Positions 54,221 through 64,000 of a DNA stretch of 64,000 nt are shown piece by piece. Made by a program: the position numbers and the translations under genes. The notes beneath the pieces were generated by a model. The model was not told the origin of the DNA. It ran no database searches and saw only the letters and a list, made by a program, of their open reading frames with translations. The stretch comes from the human T2T-CHM13v2.0 reference genome, Homo sapiens: the NCBI RefSeq assembly GCF_009914755.1, contig NC_060930.1; one strand, 5' to 3'. Numbering within the stretch: the stretch's first letter is position 1; the number at the start of each line of letters is the position of its first letter.

Positions 54221-54736
54221 GAATAATTAATAAATATAGAGTGAGACATTAAATATATGTTTAAAGTTTAAGATCAGAAAAAACCAAAATGAGTAATGGC
54301 TTATAAAACTACTAAATAAGTGTGGATGTACTTTTTAAGTCGTGAAGTGCTAATAAAATATTAGTTCTCATTATAATAATGGTATTTTATTGTCTTATAG
54401 AATATCATTGTCAGAAATCACCTGAAAAGTCAAAACTAAAATAATCAATCAAATGTCCATTATTTTAACGACTCTATTGCTTTAAAAATAATAGAAAAAC
54501 ATGAACATAGTGGTCATATGTGTCATTAGTTTGAGTGAACTAGATTTTCTATAGAAATAAGTAATAAGGACATAACTAACACTTTTTTTCTTTTTGGTGT
54601 TTTGGATTCGTATGTAGTAGAGACAGAAGAAATAGATGGTCTTAGTAGCTCTTCTCCAAATCTTTCTAGTGTCTGTTTGACAGAAATTCAAAATTATGTC
54701 TCAAATAGAGAATATGTGGCTCATACAATTCTAGCT

Positions 54737-54845
54737 CCATTCATTCATTCATTCGTAGATGTTTATTGACCATGTGTTAGATATTGGAGAGATACCAGTG
54801 CCCAAAACAAAGTCCCTACCTGCGTAAAGCTTGCATCCCAGTGTA
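54737..54845 (-). mobile_element. L2 3' end
   Basis: cattcattcattcattc...tgtttattga...aacaaagtccctacctgcgtaaagcttgcat. Confidence 0.7.
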
Positions 54846-55844
54846 AAGGGTCAGGGAGAAGGTAGGAAGTGGGTCAAAGTTCAGGGTAAAATGTGCTCAA
54901 CCAGATGAAGGCTAATAGTAGAGGACATTGAGCAGCAGTTTGTACTTGTTTGAAAGCAAATGAATGAAGTAAAATATCTCCAGACATCTAAGAACAAAGA
55001 AAGATTATTGCATCTTCTCATTTCCATCTCTTACCCTGATAAATCCAAAGCATGCACTTAGTGGTGAATCAGCCTCTTTGCAGAAGAGTCCTTTTTGCTT
55101 TACATCCCTGCCCAATCAAGCTTGTTTCTAACAAATGTATTAGAGGATTGCAAGCACATGCATTTCCACTCTTATTTTCTTCTAATGATGGGATAAAACA
55201 AGAAAGAATTGCCTTGTAATAAGGTGCATTGTCCAATTTCGAGTGATATGGTGTTGGCATCAAAGAGTCCTTTTGTTCATTACATGTGTCCGCCTACACT
55301 GCAACACCTGGATAAGGGTGGGAACTTTCAAGCAGCTTCACAGAGAGATAAACCTCAATCAATTTACTCTAGAAATATTTGCATATTTCCCACTGCTAAT
55401 GAAATCACCGCTAGCAGAATGTTTCCATTTTAATAACATTTCAAATTTCATATAGATGTGTCTTGCCTTTAGTGAGACCTTGAAATATTTTAAAAGAATA
55501 TTGAGTAAAAATATACTGTTTTATGGAATATTGGGAGAATACCGGGAAGAGAAATCTGTTTAAAAATCTAATTGATTCTACAACCAGATTATTTATCACT
55601 TTCTTTTTTTTTCAATTCTACCATAAAATAGAGAGCCAGGTATTCATCTGAAAACTGAAGTCGGTTGACGTAGAAGTTCTTTTTATGAGAAAATAGAATA
55701 AAAGATGATTGTCCAAAGTAGTCGGAACACAAGAAGGAACACTCTGTAGAAGACAAATTACGTAAGCCAGAGATACCCCAAGTGTGCCACAAGGCTTGCC
55801 TGCTTTGAGAGAGAGGAGAGTTTAATGTAGAGAGATCAGAAAAA

Positions 55845-56567
55845 ACTATGGAGAACAGAATGGAGTTTCCCCGAAACACCACAAGAACTCCCATATGATC
55901 CAGCAATCTCACTGCTGGGCATTTATCCAAAGGAAAGGAAATCCATTTATGGAGGAGACATCTGCACCCCCATGTTTATAGCAGCACTATTCACAATAGC
56001 CAAGATATGGGATCAACCTAGGTGTCCAACAGCAGATGGATGGATACAGAAAAGGTGGTATATATTATACACAATAGAATACTATTCAGGCATTAAAAAG
56101 AAAAAAAATCCTCTCATTTGTGGCAACATAGTGAGAACCAGAGGATATTATGTTAAGTGAAATAAATCAGACACAGAAAGTGAAACACCACATGTTCTCA
56201 CTCATTCGTGGAAGCTAAAAAAAGGTGATCTCATAGAAGTAAAAAGTAGAACAGAGGATACTAGAGGCTGGGAAGAGTAGGGGGAAAGGAGCATAGGGAA
56301 AAATTTTCTTAAAGGATACAAAACCATAACTAGATGGAAAGAATAGGTTCTAGTGTTGTATAGCACTGTAGGATGACTCCAGTTAACATTAATATATAGT
56401 TTCAAATAGATACGAGGAGGTTATTAAATGTTCCCAACACCAAGGATGATAAATGTCTGAGATGGTGAATATGCTATTTTTCTGATATGACCACTCTGTA
56501 GGATCTGTATCAAAACATCACTATGGACCCCATGAATATGTACAATTATTATTTGTCAATTTAAAAA
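55845..56567 (+). mobile_element. L1MA4/5-like 3' end
   Basis: ccatatgatccagcaatctcactgctgggcatttatccaaaggaaaggaaatc...gaatatgtacaattattatttgtcaatttaaaaa. Confidence 0.9.
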
Positions 56568-57649
56568 CTCAGTATGTAATATTTTGTCCCAATGTGCTTA
56601 TCTACAGAAAATCATATCCACACATGTATAAAAATAATTTTTAAATAAACATAGACTTTCTTGTATTTTTTCATGGATAGAGCAAATGAAGTCTTGATTT
56701 TTGAAAGGCATGTTATTTATGTTTATGCCAAAACTATTGTAGCTCCGTAAATTAGATTACTCTCTAGATAGTAAAGACTCAGATGAAACACTGACAGGGA
56801 ATTGATTTTGTAAATAAAAACACTAAAATTTTAGCCTTCAATATTTTGAAACGTTGTTACTATCAAGTGATTTGTATATTTAAAAACACATGGGGCTATC
56901 TTCTAGTTAAAGTTAACATTATTCTTTGATATTTAGGCAAAGCTCAAATAAAGGCATTGCTACTGCTGATGTGATCATCTTTACTATGTTCACTATTCAA
57001 TGATGACATGTTATTCCTGGGAGTAAATAATTTTAGCCACCTTGTATTCAATTTCATAATGTAAGCGGAATACTGTAAAACATTGTGATCTGGTGTCACT
57101 TGCAAATTATATGTTTAGAATCATTCAAAATAGCAAAGTATATTATTATAGCTGCATATTTCTGTAAAGTTTTCTTTACTTGTGCAATATGAACTTTACC
57201 TGAGATGGGTTATTACTAGATTTTTGGTTGAGCAATGATTCATATACAGACCTATCTCTTACCTGAGGCATCTAAGTAGTCACAGGCCATATTCCTCTGT
57301 TTTCACAATTTCTGCGTGATATTTTGTGAAATAAATTATTCACTGCCTGTCTTACATTATGTGTATAGTCTTAGGCTCTATCTGAAAGCTGAGCAACTAA
57401 GTTTGTTTTGCAAAATATTTGCTGGTTTGGAAAAAATAAAGGCCAAACTGTGTGCTGAAATCTTGAAATAAATGGAATTTAAGAGACTTTTTAGGTGTTT
57501 CCTAACCCCAAAATTTGAAAATATTTCCTTATAGGAAAGAAAAATTTAGATAAAGTACTATGAAATCAAACAAGATAATTCTTATATTAAAATTTATTTT
57601 GCACTTTTGGGGGAAAAAGAGTAATAAATGTATATATTTTATTTTTCTG

Positions 57650-57830
57650 ATATAGACAAGGATAGGCTGCAGTCACAAATAAATCCCCAAATCTTGGTAG
57701 AATAAGACAATATTTGCCCGCTCCTATTGTTATCAGATGGGTCTGGTTGCTGGCCCAGGCAGCTCTCCTCTATGAGTGACGGGGATTTTGCCCTGCTTCC
57801 ATTGTGGGGCTCAGCTATCACAGATACCTC
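57650..57830 (-). mobile_element. Old MLT1 (J/K-like) LTR fragment
   Basis: aggataggctgcagtcacaaataaatccccaaatcttggt...cagctctcctc. Confidence 0.45.
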
Positions 57831-58332
57831 TCCTTCCAGGGTTTCTTCCAGTACTTGTATTATACCCGTTTAGTCTTCCACAGAGCCAAGTTCTATTAAA
57901 AGGTTATTTATTGGAGGACATTTCAAAGCATATGGAAGAATGTGTGTTTATAAGTGTGCATGTGTGTACATGTGTTTCTGATCACATTAGATCACAGGTA
58001 GATCTACCTTATTCTTTTATAATAACTGTAAATTATTCCATGATGTAACCTATCATTGTTTTAATCTTTTTGAATCACAGACAATGCTTATATGAAGTTC
58101 CTTGAACATGTACATTTTCAAATGTATTTTTAGGTTAATTTTCTTGGTCTAATGATATGTGCATGCTAAAATTTTGTAGATATTAACTCTCTCTACAAGC
58201 AAGTTGCATCAATTAACATTCCCACCAATAATTCATGAGGTGCATATTTCCTCAAACTAGCTAGATAACACTTTGCTCCATCAAATTGCTTATGATTGAT
58301 TTTAAAACGATGTATTCACATTTTATATTTTA

Positions 58333-58523
58333 TTACTTTTTTAAATTTTATTTTATTTTATGTTATTTTTGAGATGGAGTCTTGCTCTGTTACCCAGGTT
58401 GGAGTGCAGTGGCACAATCTCAGCTCACTGCAACCTCGTCTCCCGGGTTCAAGCGATTCTCCTGCCTCAGCCTCCCAAGCAGCTGGGACTACAGGTGCTT
58501 GCCATCACGCCCAGCTAAGTTTT
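58333..58523 (-). mobile_element. AluS right arm only (5'-truncated at the linker)
   Basis: Right monomer plus tail, flanked by a perfect 15-bp TSD ACATTTTATATTTTA (58318-32 / 58524-38). Confidence 0.9.
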
Positions 58524-58715
58524 ACATTTTATATTTTAATTAAGGTTATAAAATTACCCTCGACTTATCATATTTTCATGGGTTCCTTAACCATTGTTCT
58601 TTTCTTAAAAATTAATCTGTGTGTCTATGTGGTTTGCTTATTTTTCCTTTAAGTAATTCGGCCTTTTATTATCATGTTGCTTACCCAGTATATGTATGTT
58701 CTCCCTCTTATTCTA

Positions 58716-58717
<2 letters not shown>

Positions 58718-58749
<32 letters not shown>
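58718..58749. repeat. (CA)n microsatellite
   Basis: Directly visible. Confidence 0.97.
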
Positions 58750-58753
<4 letters not shown>

Positions 58754-58822
58754 AGAATAATTTCATTTGATTGTTTATTGATTAATGATTTATACATGAC
58801 CTTTATCAAAGATGAGTGCTAA

Positions 58823-59135
<313 letters not shown>

Positions 59136-60601
59136 CATTTCTTGTTTTAAATATGATTTTGCTTTTGGTTTTCTAATTTATAAAAATGTTTAACTGTTAT
59201 AATTTATCAATATTTTCACGCTGTGTGATTAGAAGAGTATGACCTTGCTAAAACATGCTTTCTTGCCCCAAGTTTATTCTTTGAGTAATGTGTTTTCTTC
59301 TAGTACGTTTATTAGTTGATGTGTTATTTTCAAATCAACTTCAGAGACATTAGAATTGTACTATAGAACAAGGAAATAATGGGATTCATCTTTTCATAAC
59401 TAATTTTAAGGCAACTTTTATTATATTAAACATATATTCATTTGCACTTGAGTCTGTCTTGACTTTCTGTTCTTCCCAACAAACTATTCGTTTACTGGCA
59501 CTAAATTGTTATGTTTATTATAGTGCTACTTTAATGTTTGGTAAATGAGCTCACTAATCTGACCAATATTTGTAGACTATAACGTTTTTGTTACAATTTG
59601 AACTTTCACTTGATTTAGCCAAAAGCAAACACTAAGGATTATTTTATTTAAAATATTCAATTTACACATTAAATCAGGAATATTGTCATTAGAATAAAAA
59701 ATTGTTCAATTACACATTTTATGTTAAAACCGTAGAAGTAATTTTAAAATATATCATATTTCATGAAATCTGAATGTAAACTTTACGAAAGACTTATACA
59801 CATGCAAATGTTATTGCATTTTTCTGCTCTAGTGTCCTATAAATATAAACATATTTATTTTTAAAGTCAGCTTCCTTTCTATTTCTTCAAAGTATTTTAT
59901 AATCTCTTTAATAATTGATTTTTTAAAACTCTCATAAATATATCAAATGATTCTTCCTATTTTCATTCTCTTGTGATAACATATAAAATTTTCTGTCCTT
60001 AAGATGGATCGTTGTTTTCCTTTTCAGATTTTAAAACACTTGTATTTCTCTAAATTATATCTTTAGTTGGGTATTTCATGAACAAACACATCTTTCAATG
60101 GACTTTATTAAAGGTTTTTCAACAAATCCTGTCTTCTCTGGTAAGCGCTCTTTGATAAGGTTCCCACTGAGTAAAAAGACACTTCATTCTTATTTCTCAG
60201 GAAGCCTCCTTTTTTTCCCCCTAGCTCTCCAAGTCCTCTTTGTAGAAATTCTCTTTGCCATTTTTATCTTTTTCTTCTTTCTTTACCTCTTTTACTCATT
60301 ATCATCATCCAGTAATGAAATAATTATGGGCTGAGCACTTGATGCTACAAAGTGAATTCTTCACTTTAGGATTTTTTTCCAAAAATAAGTAAGGAAAAAT
60401 AAAAATGCTATAGATTTTCTTTTTCTCTTCTATAGATTTCTTATAAGCATAAGGAGAAAAAACAATTATGATGATAATATAAAAATACATAGAATGAATG
60501 ACATTTTTACAAAGAGGACTTTTCCATGATATGTGTGGAATCAACATTGCCAGCTTCAATATTCCTAGGAACATAACGACAAAGCTTTGCAGTTGAACAT
60601 C

Positions 60602-60960
60602 TGTAGTTGATGCTGTGTGTGCTGTAAGTGCTTCCCGCTCCAGCTACTATGATAGTTGACTGCTAATAACTCACAGCCACGCCACTCTCATTGGGAGACC
60701 ATGCCCCCTCACTTCCCTTCTCCTTCCTAGAGCTAAAGAGCTAAAGACTTAATTGGCCTAATTATAAGAGCTGCATGCCCCCCTTGTCTTAAGGCTGGAC
60801 TAATTCTGGGTGAAAATTTAGCTTCAGAGCTTCCCATAGGATCAGTCTGAAGCTGCAGTACTGCTGAGGGTATATTCTCGCTAGCCTTCTTGCCTTCTCA
60901 ATGCTGCTACCCCGAATCCACTTCTGAAACCATTCCCCTATTCAATCACATGCATGCAAG
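60602..60960 (+). mobile_element. LTR16A-like ERVL LTR, 3' end not seen
   Basis: tgtagttgatgctgtg...ttgactgctaataactcacagc...cagagcttcccataggatcag.ctgaagct...aatcacatgcatgcaa. Confidence 0.6.
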
Positions 60961-60964
60961 GGAA

Positions 60965-61445
60965 ATTATGTTACTTTTGAGTCGCCCAGTGAACCCATGC
61001 CCTCTTGTATTCAGACCCTGTGTAGTTTCCACCTACTTTGACTTTGAGCTTGCCCTATGTCTAACTTTGGCTCATGGGATATTAGCAAGCATAATGCAGA
61101 GGCTTGATGAGTCCTCAGGCATTGGAATGTGTCTTCTTTGAACGCTTCTTTTTGTGACCTGTTGTTTGCCCAGAGAAGCCCAAACCACATGAAGGAGTCA
61201 CATGGAAGAGAGATGAGGCTTTCTCAAAAATTTCAAGTTAACTGGCTACAGCCAGCCGGCACTAACTGCCAACCAAGTTCAGGAGCCATCTTGGAGTTCA
61301 AGTCCAGTCAAGTGACATCATAGGAACCAGAAATCCATCCAGCTAAGCCCAGACAACCCAGAAAATTATGAAATATTAAAATGGTAATCGTTTTAAGTCA
61401 CTGAGCTTAAAATGTATTTGTTACATAGCAATAGATAACTGAAAA
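60965..61445 (+). mobile_element. MLT1F/G/H-like MaLR LTR
   Basis: ttgactttgagcttgccctatg..taactttggc.catgggat...ttttaagtcactgag...tttgttacatagcaatagataactga. Confidence 0.8.
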
Positions 61446-61470
61446 AAAAAATCGCGATTTAAGAAATCCT

Positions 61471-61915
<445 letters not shown>

Positions 61916-64000
61916 TCACCAGAATTCCTGTGTGTTCCTGTCTCTTTTATACAGAGCAGGAGGATAGCTGTCTCAGTTTCTCCTTGCATTGTTGCTTACT
62001 TGTCAATTCACTGAGTGATGGCAGATTCTGTCAGTGCATTTTCACATTTAGTTTCTACAATTTGAAATTACTTTATTTTAGTTTTATTTTAAGCATTTCT
62101 GCCTGATTTCTCACTGATTCAGTGAGCAGTAAGTCATACTGTTGGCAATGGAAAGTGGTTATCCAGTGAAAGTTTCCTACTGTCTGCTATTATTAGGACT
62201 TGTTCAGCTCTAATTTTGAAATGGCACTTGCTGGCCTTATCTTTATATTTGGTTATATTAATAAAACAAAAGCTTGACACGTGGACATATCTATGTTTTT
62301 ATTACATTGATCTTAAATTGTTTTTCTGAGTTATGCAATCATTTTTATTCCTACGGTTTTGTAAGACAGGAATTGCGAGCCAGTCATATTTATATTTCCT
62401 TTTTCTCAAGGAAGTAGTAAGAAAAAATCCATTCCAATATATTAACAATTCTCATCAATTTCTGGATCTGCATAAAACACATTTTAATACACAAATATAT
62501 TTATAACTATATATCTATAGTTCATAAATGTGCATGTGTGTATACATGTGCATATATAAATCTATATAATTAAACAAATAAATATTGAGGCAGATAAGCA
62601 TACTTTTTCTATTGTATATAGTATTTTTAAATTTTCTAAAATCAACACTGTTACAGCTAAATGTATGTAATATGTCACCCACATTTGGGAGATGAATATA
62701 GCCTAAGGAACTCCGGTAACAGCACACATTTCTAACCCACATGTCTAAGTAATGAACAACAAATAATCACAGTAAAATTGTTCTGCAAGCATTAACTTGT
62801 ACAAAAGGCACAACCCTACTTAGGAACAAAGACTGCGCTGTGAAATCCTTTTTTAAACAGGAGCTGAAGTAGTAAACAAGTCTTTAGACATATTTTTTCC
62901 CTCAGACAAAGCTTCTGTTGCCACATTATCTTGTCAACCCACATGAGGTTTAGATAGATCAATACTTATATAGGTAACTTCTAAGGAACACCTGGCCTTC
63001 CAGAAGGTGACATGTTAATTAAATAGATAGCATTCTTTTTCTTAATGTACAATTGCTTAAATGTAGGTACTTCTTTCAGATTCTTTCGTCTCTCTTTTAA
63101 TATTTTGTGAGCTTGAGGGCTAAAGGGAGCCAAGAAACCTGATAAAAAGTAATAATTTTGGAGATATTACTAATGACATTTGGGCTAAAGAAAAAGAGAA
63201 AATGCAAATTTTTCCTTTGATCTCGTTTGGCCTCTCTGCATTCCTAGCTCACCAAGTAAGTATGCTGTGTGCTTCTGAGTGTTAAAACAGACATTTCGTA
63301 ACTTAATTTGCTTTTGGAAAATATGAAGAAAGACCTTATCTAATAACTAGAGTCCTTCTTTAGTGATTTCCTAAGCCAGAACATCAGATCTGGCCAGTTT
63401 ATAGATCTTCAGGATTGGAACAGTCTAGAATTAGTAACCACAGCCATAACGTGAAAAAAATCACCTTTACTCTAACCAGGAGGAGTTAACTGTCCTTGTC
63501 TGCAGAATCAGTCAAGGAAAGGGGCCTGATCTTTAACAAATTATTGATGAAATAAGTTTTGTAGCAGGCATGATTGATTGATAGAGATTTTAGAAATAGT
63601 GCACACTTCTTGGGTCTTTGTCCATTTATTTCATAGTTAGTTGTAATCATTATTTAAACTCAAAGCTAATTTTATCCCAGATACACTGTAAACAGTTATT
63701 TCTAAGGGTGAAAGTAACTTATTTGGTTTCCTACACATGCTTTACCTTTGGTTTTTGACCTTTTCCTTCCTCCACTCATAGGCAATAAATGATAAAGATA
63801 TAAAAATAGAAGGTAAAAGTTAGCTGTCTATATGTTCTTCATCATTAGGCATATTGACCTTATTAATTTGTTTCTGTCTTTATACTTTATTACTTTTGAA
63901 AATTTACGTGTACAACCTAGATTTTATGATTATATACTGGGTTCTTAGTCATTTACTTTCATCATTTCAAAACTGATGTTGAATCACATTAATGTCCTTT

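Noticed and set aside
63465-63495. Weak resemblance to the 5' half of a tRNA or tRNA-derived SINE on the minus strand (ctctaacca...gagttaac)
   Set aside because: Too short and degenerate; no B box or cloverleaf visible

Overview
This is AT-rich, CpG-depleted primate genomic DNA. It is almost certainly human, because it contains a near-consensus AluYa5. I can support no protein-coding gene, RNA gene or processed pseudogene. The ORF-track entries are chance ORFs or retroelement remnants (L1 ORF2, Alu, THE1-int, LTR12). The window holds a layered set of interspersed repeats: about ten Alus (J, S, Y, Ya5), several L1 fragments, a full LTR-int-LTR THE1 MaLR nested in an old L1MA, a CpG-rich solo LTR12C (ERV9), older ERVL/MaLR LTRs, MIR/L2 remnants and microsatellites. 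LTR and L1 orientations are mixed, which suggests intergenic DNA. The first ~14 kb lacks young transposons and has CpG-retaining patches, including a good CTCF motif. The most unusual structures not explained by repeats are local templated-rearrangement scars: a palindrome cluster at ~20.7 kb, a permuted inverted insertion in an AluY at ~61.7 kb, a dispersed ~90 bp duplication at 4.5/6.1 kb, and tandem duplications at 29.4 and 30.7 kb. I see no convincing evidence of a new gene-level biological system. Repeat subfamily names come from remembered consensus sequences and need RepeatMasker/Dfam confirmation.
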